Source: Chrysomallon squamiferum
Lineage: Eukaryota > Animalia > Mollusca
Reading direction: 5' to 3'
Length of the DNA: 64,000 nucleotides
NCBI GenBank assembly: GCA_012295275.1
Contig: CM022679.1
Span: 2,108,001-2,172,000 of the forward strand
The notes under the pieces are model-generated. The model searched no databases, was not told the DNA's origin, and saw only the letters and a program-made list of their open reading frames with translations. The translations under genes were made by a program, and so were the position numbers. Of the stretch, positions 39,176 to 53,298 are shown one piece after another (position 1 is the stretch's first letter; each line of letters starts with the position of its first letter).

Positions 39176-42100
39176 TTAACATCCTCCATCTGGCATGTTT
39201 TCTTTACTGATTTCATCCAGAGCTTTTCTAAACAGAGCCACCTGTTTCTTCAGTGTCAGACGAAAGCCTTTGGAAACGGGAAGCAGTGGAAAATCGGGTT
39301 CATCGATTTTTTCCTTTGACTGGTTTGTTAGACTGATGCACTCTTCTGGTTCATTAACTAAGTCTGGTTCAAATTTCACTTCATCGCTGCTGGAACGACA
39401 ATCTCCACAATGGTCTGAGTTTGAGTTTACTTCTCTTTTTGTTTTCATGTCTGACAGTTTCATCCAGCCTTCTAGCTGGTTTATTATTCTAACAAATAAA
39501 TAAATAAATAATGTTTTTAACAAAGGTGTATGTGTTTGTGTTGTGTGTGTATGCAAAACATTTTACATAAAAATTAAATAGAATTTTAGAACCATTAAGC
39601 TAACTGCATTAAACTCTCAAAATGTATAATTACATATTCACTCAATTATATTTTAAAATGGTATTTCTGTGGAAATAAATGGTCTTTCTATTGACAGATA
39701 CTCCTTCACCTTCAACAAAATATAGTGCATAATGTACTGCATGTTAAATATGTCTGAGTGCTATTTTCATTTTAAAAAATGAGCTATAATGATCAGCTAT
39801 AAATTCAATCACATAAGAATTATTTACTGACCTTGGCCCATATTTCTGAAGATGTTTTCTTGTCTCAGTTTCAAAAATCTTTGGAGGTTTCTTAGCCATA
39901 TTTGTCAGAGACTGAAAACAAAAACAGAATAGTTGTACAGCTGACATAAAATTTAAAAACACAATCAAGTTTTACTTTTCTCATTACATTTTCTTTAAAA
40001 GTTGTACAGAAAATATGGTTATCTGGTTTGGCATCAGAGTTCACATTGTAAACAGTCAGATTAGTGAATGACCCATATAAAAACAAAAGGTATATAAAAA
40101 AGTGTCTAATCAAGTCTTGCAGATAGCTAAAATTGATACTTAATACATTTGTGATTTAAACAGAAAATAAACTTTTCTTGTTTTTAATTTTTTAATTTAT
40201 TTATTTATTTACTCTATGCTGCAGTGGTCACAAGAAGCCACAGTTTAAAAAGCAATGAAATATGAGAATGTCTTGTTTATTTCTCATTTGCTGAGAGCTT
40301 TTTATTTTGGAAAATTAAAAATATATTTGATTAAATATTAGCCCACATTTTTTTATTAGTTCACTTGAGCCCTGGGCATACTATGAGAGAATGGTTTGTT
40401 TTAACTGTTTTAAATTTATTAAATTTGCATTTACCTGTACAAGTTTTAAAATTGCCATTTCATTGTACATTCTGCTGTTTTCCATGGCCTGGCTTGAGCC
40501 TCGTTGTTTCTCGTAGCCTGCCTCATTGTAGTATGGTTCTGAGACCAATATCAAACCTGAAATAATAAAGAAATAACTCAGAAACTTAACATTACTTGAA
40601 AGATTTCTCTATAAACCAGTAGATTTAATTATAGTTGATATCTAATTATACAGTAGGAATAACCTATTGAAAAGAATTTGTCTCGTGAAAATATAGTAGA
40701 TGTGAATAATGTAATTCATAAAAAAAAAATTCAACAATGACAACAAAAGCACAAAAAAATAAATAAAAATAAAAACACCTCACTAACCTTGAATGGAAAT
40801 TAATACTTGGAGCATATTTGACTTTGAAGTCCAAACTTCATTCCCCTGAAAACAGAGACCTCAAACATAAATAAACTAAATATTGTAAAAAAACATATTC
40901 ACAAACGTACAAAAGAAACAAAGATGAAAATTTATGATCTTCATTTTATGACACAGTTTGAATAGAATAGCAAATTAATACAAAGCTATTCGAACTCAGC
41001 TATGTAATATTATTTCAAGAGACTCAAAAAGACTTTGAACACATATGCTTCAAATAGTAATGAAACTTTAAAATATAATGAATCAGAATTTAAATGACTG
41101 ATGTTCATTACAGATAAACATTTTAAAATACCTTTCCAGCCCAGGTACCAAGGAGACTGACACAGACTTTGCCATCATCATAGAGGTTTGGGTTGAGTCT
41201 GTCTACACAGTACGAGTGGTAGTGGAAGAGGGGTGGAGAGCTGGGGTAGTCGGCTGGCAGCTGAACATCAAAGAAAAACAGCCCATCTTCATATGGAGTC
41301 TTCTTTGGACCAACTATCATGATGGAAAAAAGATCCTGAAAAAAAAGCAAAAACACAAATTAATGGTACACAAATATTCTGTTAAAAAAACAAATTCAGT
41401 TACTACAGACTGTTGTGTACTAAACATGTACTCCAAAATATGTCCAAGATTTGTTTAATGTGCAGTAGTTAATTGGTTTACTAGGAAGCAAATACTAGCT
41501 GACTTTAAAAAAAATAAAAAATAAAAATATTTACAACCATTTATACATACATTGAAATAGTTACATACCAATCTATCAGCAAAACACTTCACTAAGATTC
41601 CTGCAGGTAAACTTGTCTTCAGTAATTTCAACTATAAAAAAAAAAAAATAAAAAAAAAAAAAAAATAAATTAATCTAAAAAATATATTTTAGAGCAATAA
41701 AAATAATATGCTTTTAAGAAATTGAATTACCTTTAGCAAATATTTTATTAAGTTGATTCTTTAACTTCTGGAACTAAATTTAACAAACATAAACAGAAAG
41801 TATTACCATGTTATGAAACATCAGTTCTTACACATATTTAAATTCTATTAATATTAGCTAACATAAAATGTTTAGGTTTTAGTTATGGAATTCAAAGCTG
41901 ATTTAGGCCTTTAAAAAGTAATTTTTCAACATTTTTTATCAGTACTTACATATAAAAACACTGACAACTAAGAGAGAAAACCTGCAGCTAGATCAGGGGC
42001 TACTGTTAATGATTAACATGTATCTTACCAGAAACTAAAAAACATCTTAACTTAATGAAGCCAGGTTTGTTTTACATGTTTTTACAATATATTAATTTAA

Positions 42101-45100
42101 TCTTTAAAAAAAAAAAAAAAAAATCTTTTCTAATCTTCTCTTTTTCTTTCTGAATAATGAAAACATAAATGTAATTATATATATATATATCATATTTCCA
42201 ATGCATCTTAATATTAATTTTACTTACCTCTTTTCTGACTGCTGTGTTAAAAGTGTTAGGTGCAGATGCCATATTTACATTTCCATGAAATCTGTGACAC
42301 AACAGGGCTTCATCAACAAGCTGAAATCCTGTAAGTTCAACACACAACTAAATTAGTCAACAAGCTGAAATACTGTAAGTTCAACATAAAACAAAATTAG
42401 TCAACAAGCTGAAATACTGTAAGTTCAACATAAAACAAAATTAGTCAACAAGCTGAAATACTGTAAGTTCAACAATGAAATTAGTCAACAAGCTGAAATA
42501 CCGTAAGTTCAACATAAAACAACACCTTTTTATTAATGCCTCAAATTAATAATTATGTCATCTTTAAAATAGTTTCAAAAAAGAATAAACAGGAATAAAC
42601 ACTGAGGTTTATAATAGAGGCAATTACCAAAACAGAATCATTCTAAAGATTAATATCAAATTTTCCTAAAAAAGATATTCTATCATTTAAAACTGAGGCA
42701 ATTAAAGAAACAAAGTCAAATTTTCCTGTAAAGAAATATTTTGATATTTAAAACAAAGATGTTACCTCTCACTATTGAATCCTCTCCAATACAACCATTT
42801 TCTGCAGTGATCTCCTCACTGAATTCTGTTGATGAACTTTGTGTACTTGCCACCTCTTTAGCTGACACAATGTTCTCTTCAGAGTTCAATACTGAATCAT
42901 CAGAGTCTACTATATCATCTGTCTGAACTGCCAGGTCGCATACTGATACCTTCTTAACAAGGCTGTCTATGATTTCTGCTTTTCCCAGCAGAAGACAAGG
43001 ATGTCCACTACCAGACTCAGCGTCCACATTATTTTCTGAAGCTGCTTTACAAACCTGAGTGTGCTTGGTTTCTAGAATTTCTGACTTTACTGTTGGAGGA
43101 CAAATTGTCTGAGGACCATTCATCTTTAGATTTTCAGACTTGACACTGTGAAGACCTAGCATCTGTTTGTCCTTGACCTCTGCATTCTCAGGTTTCACAG
43201 ACGGCTGACCATGTGTCACATCATAATTTTCACATTTAACAGAAGACAATTCTTGTTTGTGAGTCTCTTTGGCATCTAGGATTTCTGACTTAACAGAAGT
43301 TGGATGAACAGAACTAACAGATGGTTCTAAGAGGTGATGACCTTCTTTATCAAGAGCTTGCTTATTTTCAGTCTGAGTTCCTGCATCACAGTAACATATA
43401 CCATCATGGTGAATTATTACATCAATTTTTTCTGCATATCTGCCCACTTCAGCTTGAAGCTTCACAATACCCTCTCGCAATTTGTTTATAACATTGAGAC
43501 ACAGCTCTTTGCTAGAATGTTCTAAAGTGGCACCTTTTACAGTGGAATCCTCCTTGCTCTCCTTCTTCAGCACCTGTTCCTGAGAAGAAATGCTTGTTTC
43601 AGAAACCCTGACAGTCTGATCATCTGGTGAACAACAATCCCCAGCAGATTTGTTGTCTGTTAGAGACTTTGTGGATCTGTTCTGTGAAGGTGTAGAGTCT
43701 TCACCTGGCTGTCCTGGGTCTGATTTAGGTTCTGTTCTAACAGCTTCACTTCCTGTGGGTCCTTCCAAGTTTGTATTACTAGGCAGACTAGACACATTCT
43801 TGTACCAGGCAAAGTACAAACTTTGAAAACGATTAGATATTTTCTTGTATTTCTCTCTTTTTCGTTCTGACTTTATGATGGTTATGAGATCAGTGAGTTC
43901 TTCATCCTTGAAGAAAGACGTCTTCAGCATTTTGTCAAGGTATTTACAGCTAGAATACATCTGTAAAATTTCTCTGTATTGGCTGGAAAGGTTTGGGGTA
44001 TTTTCATCCAAGTACTGAAACACAGTCTCTAAATTGGCAAGTTCAGGAGGCAGTTCGTCCAGAAGAATCTTTACATCTGCATTCTGCTCCTTGTTCAAAA
44101 ATGGAATATCCTTCCTCTCATCATAGTCTTCACTCCTCAGATAAGAATTAAAACATTTTTTTGTTTACAGAACATTTAACTTGATAACTGACATGGTGAA
44201 GAAAAATCAACTTTATTCACAATAAACAAAACAGAAACCAAAAAACTATTTTTTTTTTAAATCATAAATTCAACTTGAAATTTGTTGTTTTCTAAGGAAA
44301 ACTTCAAGAAGATATGCATACTGACATGTTAAAAACGTTAAAAGCACCTATAAGCAAAGAAATATATATATATATATATATGTATTTGTATAGATATTAC
44401 TTTTCTTTTTCATCAGAAATTACAAATCCATCTGAAGTAAGAAAATTCACTGAAACGTAGACTGACACAAATACATTAGAGCATACCTTTCTCTGGGTAT
44501 GATTTCTTCATCTATATCTATGACATCTGGAAAGTCTTCAGCCTCAGTTTCCCATGATTCATCACTCTCATCGTCATCATCTTCGTCCTCATCAGACGTC
44601 TCTGAGGAATCTAACTCTGAGTCAGAAAAATCTTCCAGCTGTTGTACAGTAAAAAACCCAAATGAAACATTACTGACAAATAAAATAAATGTGTTATAAA
44701 TACAGTAAACTGCCCTTATTCTCTAGTCAAACAACTGTGTTGATGTGCAGAATGGCTAAATAAACGTCTAAAAATATTTTTGATGTTATTACTTTAAAGT
44801 TATTACTTCATTTATATATGACAGAAAAATAATACTGTTACAAAATACTGCCATTTTAACCCTTCACAACTGGAGTCATGATGTCACTGCACATATTGTC
44901 AATACTTGTACAAACTTTGGAGCAAATTGGTCTATCCTGTATACTGAGACTATAAAATAAAGCTGACACTCAGACATTTTTATACAGTATTCTTTGCTGC
45001 TACATTTAAGATTGGATGCCACCACCTGTTAAATAGCAACAATTATAAAATACATTTGGATTATTTTTTCTTATCACCAAAAGCATACGATGATAAACCA

Positions 45101-48100
45101 AACACTGATTTGTACAGTAATGTTTAAAGCTTACTATGTCAGATGAAACATATAAATCTTGAGGATAGCACATTGTTATCTGGCCGTCTGACCACTTCAC
45201 ATCTATCGTGCCATTGTTATAGAGGTTGTAAACTTGGCCTACTGCAGGCAGTTCTTCATTTCGACTCTGTAAGTGTAGATAAAATCATCTTTTAATGTTT
45301 TAAACATTTAAAAATAATGTATACATTCTAGTGACTGTTTTGTTTGTTTCAGAGGACCAGTTTGTATTAACAATAAGAAAGATAATATAAAAATGAAACA
45401 ATTGAAGATGTACAGAATCTGCCATTCTACTTTTTTCCTTGAGAAAATATCTTTCAAAAACTGATGTCACATTGGAGTTTCTCTTATTGATAATGAAGGT
45501 CAGCTGGTAATTAAAAACTGGTACATTAATACATTTCTTTTCAAAAATAAACACTAATTAAAGGAAACTGTTAACATCTAGGAATCTCCATAAACTTGTA
45601 ATGCTAATGTTGTACTTTTATTATTAAAAAAAAGCACATGAGGAGATAAAAATACACAAATTAAATAATCACGCCTTTAAAATGTTTTTCAATCAGTATT
45701 TCTTTGTTAGTTTATTTTCACATCACATTTATATATGTATATATTCTTTATTCTTAACAGCTGTTTGTCCATTAATTTGTAGATTAGTGTATTAAGGTGT
45801 TCTACAGTCAAATATCTCACTTAAAATTTAACAATAAATTTCTTTATATGTACAGCAAAATACCACTAGTCACTAAGGTGAATAGATGAATACTTCTGTT
45901 TCCAGATACAGTTTTGATATTGTTTTTATAAGTTCACACTTTTTAGCATCCTTAAATTCATGCATAACTGTTATACATTATAAACACAAAATAAAATCTT
46001 CTATTCCAATATGTAAAGATGTACTACTTAATGTCACAACATTTGAAATCAAATCAAACCTTTCATAAGTTGGTGCAATAATCAATAGGTTCATTAAGTG
46101 AGAGAACAGCAGCTGGCTAACACAATTAAAATGTTTCCAGTGTATTAGCAGCACTACAACAACAACCTCAAAGGAAATTCAATGAGTCAAGATGTTGCCC
46201 ATGCAGTAGCACAATAAAGTATTTAAAAGTTAATATTCTAGAAATGAAAGCCACACATTTTACTTCACTCCCACCTTAGGTTACTTTGTGTTAGATATAC
46301 ATTAAATTTCCTCTGACTAAATTTACAGCAGCAGTTTATTAATTTTTCACTCAACATGTTTATGGAGATTGCATTATTGGAATTCAAACACAAATACACC
46401 AACAAAACTAACAGTATTATTGAACATCTCTTTGATACTAACACAAACACAACAAATTGCATAAGATATTCACAATCATACACATACACACACAAAGGCA
46501 ATGGCTGACTTCTAAAGTAGGAATAACTGAAATCATTATAGTCACTCTTTTCTCATTTTAATTTTTGTCATTAATTTAACCCATATGTTTGACTGTCAAT
46601 ATTAAAATGTTGAGATATCAACAAACTACACATTTATAATATCTAACACTTACCTTAAATCCTCCAACTCTGATAACATTGTAGCCTGTGCGGAATTTGT
46701 ACTCCAGGTGATCAACAACATCGTAGACGCTCACTTCAGCTGGGCCTGCCACACACGTCGGACTTGAAGATAACAAAATGACTGTCATTTAAAACTATCA
46801 CAGAGAACAAATCAGCATGAAAAACAAATCAAATACTTTCTTACAACACAAATGTATTTAAATTAAATAATTAAAACATTTCTTATGAAATGTAGTAATC
46901 CTGCAGCAAATATCTTAAATAAGGATATCAGAACCTCTTTTTAAAAGTATAGCAGTGATATATAATCTATCATTTGCAAATAAAAAGAGTCAGTGAAAGT
47001 ATGTAAAATGTATTAACATTTTCTACTCCACAATATAAACATGTGTAAGACTACTTAATACATTTATTTTCACAGCACCAGTTGAGTGACAAAGACAAGG
47101 AACAGTTGAACTATCTACGACAATAATACATACACAGTGCTTTTGCCAACTTCATACGTTTTCATCCACTTCACAATGCATGTTCTGTCCTTGTGGTTAG
47201 AACTGACTACCACTCCATAATCACCTATGTGGTCATCTATAAACATGACAAACAAACTTTTCATAAATAAAAATTCTTATAATTCAAGTATAAGGACTTA
47301 TTTAATGAACAGGCAGAAATCACTTGCCTCCTTTTTGGTTCAATTAAAGAGTTTGTTAAGTCAGGCGAAACTGAGTAAACCAAATTTGTTTGGATGTTTT
47401 TAACTAATACGTTCATGGTGAAGTTAAGAACGTATGCTGGCACAACCAAATCAGTGGGTGTTTATTATTTACAGACTTTTCTCTTGTTCAGAATTTCAAA
47501 TTTCAAGACATATCAATTACTTGTAATATTCACATTTGTAATTCTAAAAGTTAATTTTAATATTCCTGAACATAAATGAGGTGTTAACGTGGAAACATAT
47601 ACACACACAGATGCACGGACCCACACACACACACACACACACACATACACAAAACACACCAACATTTTACCTCTGGTGTCACTGACAAAATCTCCAGGAA
47701 AGAACTCAAGAGCATCTAAATGATGAATGGGATACAGCTTAGTTGATGGTACATCATATGATTGAGAAGCATCCTGAAAAAATAGTAATATACATTAATC
47801 TTAGTTACATATATTAAAGTGCTACTGAAAGAAAGTGTGTGATAATTACACATCTGAAAAGAGCTATAACCTATAGTGTATCATCTAAATATACTGATAT
47901 GCTCTTGAATTCCAGTATATCATTAAACATTAGCAATTATAAACCTCTAAATAAAAACATATTTAAAGATTATAACAAAACTAAAAACAATAATATTTAC
48001 AAAATTCCAACCTAAAGAAATTAAGGTTTAAAAAAAAATAAAAAAATAAAAAAATAATTGTAAAACTATTAAAACTTATTAAACTCTAACCTGCCATCTA

Positions 48101-51100
48101 ATTTTAGCTTTAGAAAACGTGTAGCAGATTTCTGCTGTCACTGTATCACCAGCCTTTAAGACTCTCTCAGGGAAGTTAAACTTCTTTTTTGTTCTTCGAC
48201 CTTTGACCTTTTTCATTGTCTTGGTCACCAGATGTGGCCCTTTTCTTGGATTCTTTCTCTTCTTTGAGGAATCAGAATCTCTGGAAGCCTGAGACCCAGT
48301 GTCTGATCCTGCTTCAGAATCATCTTCGATATCCTCATACTCATCATCGCCATTGCACAAACACTCACTGTCTGTCTTATCAATGACATCGTTGCACGCT
48401 GTGTCACTCGATTTCAATGTTTCAACTTTCTTATCATCAGTGTTAGACTGAAAGCTCATGTCTCTGAAGTTGAAGGGTTTGGCACAGTGTTTAGGGGGAG
48501 TGGTGGACAGGACGCTTGTGTCGGGAATAACGTACTGAACTTGGTCGCCAATCTGTACGCTGCAGTGTGTGAACCAGTCTAAGGAATGCAGACTGAAACA
48601 TATCACGTAATACGAATTGTTGAATCACTGAACAGATGAACAGATTCATAAATGAAAAATGGAAAAAAAAAAAAGCATTTGTAAGCATGACCATTTATTT
48701 AAAGTATGAAATATTTTTATATTTTAAAGATGTTCCACGATTTTTTTTATATGATTGATTTTATATTGAACATTAAAAAATTTACCATTTTGTACTTGTA
48801 ATATTTAACTGTTACCATTCATTTACATCTAAAGTAACTCACCGGTTGAGGTCATCTCCAGATATCTGTCTGGGTGGGGAATCTGTGTTCAGTGGGTTTT
48901 CCACTTTTGACAGGCCACGGCACAACCAATGCACTTCCACACTGCTTATTTTTACCTGCAGTTTCAACAAATTACTGTATTATTTTTCAAAGAAAAAAAG
49001 CATTTTTTTAATGATAAATTATGACACTTTAAATAGTTTTGAATCAAATTATATAGAACAGTCGCTTTGAAGTATACAAAACAGATTTAAATGATTTGTT
49101 CTGGGTTAACCTTTGAAATATATAACATCAACACTATATCAAAGCTAGGGCTAGGATGAGAACACACTGAGTTCAGAAATGTCTATCCATCATCTACGCC
49201 AGTAGCCAAAGTGAAATCAGTTGGAAAAAAAAAAAAAAAAAAAAAAAAAAAACATTACAGTAAATAAGTTACTAACCTCTTCAACAGTTACATGAACAAC
49301 CATTTTTGGTTTATTTTTGACAACAGTGGCATTGTATGCAGCTGTTTCAACCTGCCATTCTACATCAGACAAATCTCCCATAGTGCCTTTCAGTTCTTGA
49401 AATGGGTAACTCTCCTGACTGCAGAACTCAGTATGCTGGTGAGTAAAATTCATTTCACAATAAACAGCTTGGAGAAGATTAAGTATGTTTATCAATAAAT
49501 AAATAAATAAATATACCCGCACACACATATATAGATATAGATATAGATATATACAGACCATTTATCTTTAAAAATCTTCTTCAGTGTTTATTTTTATATT
49601 CTTAAAAAATATTCCCTTAGCTTTCAGTGACATTTTGATTTATTAAAAATATAAAATTAGACTAATTACAATAGACAGCTGATTAGTTTGTTGCGGTTTT
49701 TAGTCAAATTTTTAAACAGTGACAATATACATACTCTGCTTCTTTTATCAGTTACATCTTCAAAAGCACAAATATCATTGTCATTTATAATACACCTGTA
49801 ATATAAATATGAAAATGTGATTATTTATCAGTCAAGCAATTCATTACATGCATATAGATTATTCACAAAACCAGACATTTTTATAAAAATGGTATTTCCA
49901 AAACAAATTATTTTATCAGTCTTTTTTGGTTTTTAATGTTCAGTTAATACAAAATCAAATCAAATAATTATTTATTATTTTTATTACAACTTATGTTATT
50001 TATGCCAAAAAACTTGAAAAGTAATATGTAAAAACATACAAATAAATAAATAACAAACACAAAAATTTATTAACATATATACTGAGATTAACTAATCATG
50101 GTCACTCTGGCCATTTATCACTAAGACATTATCTTAAATATGAAATTCTGTGGAGTATTTGTTTTGTTTTTTTAAATTTTGTTTTATATTTCTTTTCCCC
50201 ACCAATTAAAGAATTTTTTTTTTTTTTACATATTCCTTCAAATGATAACACTGAAACTCTTTCAAAGGAACTAAGAAGCAAGTAGTAGCTTGTTGTCCAT
50301 CTCACTCACTTTGCTCCATCAGGAAATATGAGTACAATATCTTCATTAATTGCATCAACTCTTCCCAACCAGGAATCAAAAGTAACATCTCCTGGCTCAA
50401 GATCATATTTCTAAAAAGATATTTATTATAATCATTAAATCAGTTTTGATTTTTCTCGTTTCATGGCATCAGTATTTGTAACTGTTATTTTAATTCACAA
50501 TAGCTGTGACAATACAAGCAAATTAAATTATGTTGTATTAAAAAGTAACTTAAAAAAAAAAAAAAAAAAAAGTAACCAATTAAACATTACATCTACAGTT
50601 AATTTTAAATGTGGCAGAATACAGATCAATAAAAATTAATTAACAAGTTCTTATTTATTATTTTCCAAATATTGATCTGCTGAATTATATGTTTAAATTT
50701 CAGTCAGAAACAAATTAATTTAAATTTGGCTGTACAAATAATGTAATTATTAGAATGTAGCTATAATATTTCTTTGACTTATTATTATTATTATTGAGAT
50801 TTTTGAGGGTTTTTTTTATCAGTATCTTATTTATTACTGTGTTGGGGGAGAGCATATTTTGCTCATTTTATTACTATTGTGAAATTAATATTAAAATTAA
50901 AAATAAATAAATAAGTAAATAAATATGAAAGAAGTTTTAAAATGAAAGTAAAATAACAAAATTAAAGAAGTCTAAAACAGCAATAAATGATAATACCGGA
51001 AAAACGAGATCTCTGCTGTTCACATTATATACATATTTGTCTGTGCCAAGAATATGCAGGTGACATGTAACAGACATGTCTTCAACAAAACCAGCCTGAC

Positions 51101-51609
51101 TGTCTTCATTGTCATCAAGATGTCGCACTACATCACCTGGCATCAAAGATCGATCAGCAAGCATTACCTGCCAATATAGTAAAATCAATACAATCTCATG
51201 AAAAATATTATTATTAACACAGCATTGAGGTACATGTCTCACTATATGTTAATGCCTAAAATACAACTCTGTCAGTTGCTTCCTATATAAGCTGTAAACA
51301 CCAAAACTGAAACTCATGTAGATAACTGAGGTATAAAAATCCAATATGAGGTCTGTTTTGAAGAAGTTGCTCTTTTCTGTTTTGGAACCCACTGTAGTAC
51401 ATAAAATAATAGACAGAAAGAAAAAATATTTATCAAAGAAAAGTTATGTTATTTCTGTTTTTGTAGGGTTTTATTTGGTATCAAATGCTTGTAAATCACT
51501 AAATTAAACCATTTAGTAAAGATTTCTGATTCTTGAAATATTTCATCTACATACAGAACACAAATTATAATTCTTACTTTGGGCTGGAAGAACATTTTGA
51601 TACATTCAT

Positions 51610-51701
<92 letters not shown>

Positions 51702-52181
51702 AAAAACGCTTGAATCTGCATAAACGCAATATATAAAAAAACCCACTTAATATTCGAATTTATTAACTTATAGTATAAAGAAAATACTGGATCATTCCAC
51801 TCTCAATGTAATTTTAAAAAATCTTAAAATGTCAGTGACATATAACTAAACATTTCGCTTATAAACATTACTGTGTATTAGACACATTTGCGAGTATCCT
51901 CTAATTCTCATAAAACATCTAACATACTTTTCTTCGTCAGCGTATAGGGCATAATGATAATAGTTAATACGGCTTACCTTGTCCTCTTCTATCACCGTTT
52001 CTTTGCCATCTGGATGCCAGGCCACTCTAACCGACCCTTTAGTTATCTGGCCTGGCAGTTCATCATTTTCTTCATCACTACTGATAAACTCGGCATTTTC
52101 TAACACAAGGCCATAAACATAGCCTTTATCTGGAGTAATTAAGCAGACTTCATCTTCGTCAAACAGTCTGCAAGCAGCCAT
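39176..52181 (-). CDS. UBE2O: E2/E3 hybrid ubiquitin-conjugating enzyme UBE2O (about 1406 aa)
   Basis: 20 phase-consistent exons: 52181-51978, 51167-50997, 50410-50310, 49795-49735, 49435-49277, 48955-48843, 48592-48091, 47773-47671, 47236-47134, 46762-46654, 45266-45135, 44638-44487, 44135-42766, 42328-42228, 41631-41569, 41335-41132, 40845-40788, 40556-40435, 39911-39832, 39488-39176. Motifs: [35 protein letters not shown] domain [15 protein letters not shown]...[20 protein letters not shown] with the catalytic Cys, and C-terminal [10 protein letters not shown]. Confidence 0.95.
42313..42520. repeat. 44-bp tandem repeat x5 spanning the UBE2O intron 13/exon 14 boundary
   Basis: TCAACAAGCTGAAATxCTGTAAGTTCAACA starts at 42313, 42357, 42401, 42445 and 42485. 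Confidence 0.95.
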
Positions 52182-52855
52182 ACTTGACGTAGCCTATAAC
52201 GGAATTATGGGATATCATGCGAAACGTCAAAAACAACAAAAATTCTTTGAATACGCATAATAGCAAAAACCTAAAATATTTGTGTTACAAAGTAGTTGCT
52301 AGAAAGTATTTTCAAAATATTTACTTCATTTAAAATTATCTACACTATAATGAATAGAAAGAAAACTTTGATTAACATGTTAATTTTACTTTTAGCTGGT
52401 TTGACTGTACACACGTTAATATGTTAAAAAGTGCAACAGAATAAACAAACGAAAGAAAGTTTGTTTTATATATTCTGGTTTTTTTTTTTTTTTTTTTTTC
52501 AGTAAAAATTACAGTTAATTTGAAATTGCATAAAATATATCTTAATTCTAATAACTACTATTATATTACGCAGAAAAAAAATGTATGCATACTAAACTTC
52601 AGTTGATATAATATTTATAATAAAACTGACGATTCTTCAGATAAATTAATTGTAAACCATTATTATATCATGCTTTGATCTACTATTATATTTTTCAGTC
52701 CATTATATATATTTTTAATTTTCACCTTTCTTTTCTGTTTTCCTTATATTTATTATTATTATTATTATTTTAAATTACATAAATATTTATTTTAAACACA
52801 AAAAATCCTTTATCCGATAACATGAAAACCGACTTTTTGTATTATCGCAACAAAT
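52182..52855. promoter_or_regulatory. Short divergent intergenic region (likely bidirectional promoter) between UBE2O and SMDT1
   Basis: Only 674 bp separate the two start codons, which are head-to-head. TGACG half-sites and CGGAA lie near the UBE2O ATG. Confidence 0.65.
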
Positions 52856-53137
52856 ATGGCATCTAGGGCTGTGCTGTGTGCAACTTTGGGACGATTCAGA
52901 CAGATTTTGTCACCACCATATCTTAATACGGGTGGAAATATGATGCAGTTATGCAAAACAATACAAACTGAAACAGGTGTATTGCCTCCTTATCCTGAAA
53001 CCACACGTTTTGGATTAATAAAAGTTGCTGCAGTCGTTATCCCTGTTGTCACTTTCGGTGGTTACCTCAGCATGGAGTTCGCAGCTTGGTTGGAAGATAC
53101 TGAACTGTTTGTTCCTGACGACGATGACGACGACTAA
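52856..53137 (+). CDS. SMDT1: Essential MCU regulator (EMRE), mitochondrial, 93 aa
   Basis: Basic N-terminal presequence-like segment, single TM helix FGLIKVAAVVIPVVTFGGYLS, then FAAWLEDTELFVP plus a poly-Asp tail. This matches the EMRE signature (AxxLEExxIFVPxDDDDD). Confidence 0.93.
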   Translation: MASRAVLCATLGRFRQILSPPYLNTGGNMMQLCKTIQTETGVLPPYPETTRFGLIKVAAVVIPVVTFGGYLSMEFAAWLEDTELFVPDDDDDD

Positions 53138-53254
53138 TTTTAAACAGATTAAATTAATGGTATTCGAAATTAATTACCAATAAAATCATATTATTAAAAT
53201 AGGAAAATATGCTTTTAAATTATTAAATCCATTTAGAAGAGGAAGAAAACAAAG

Positions 53255-53298
<44 letters not shown>

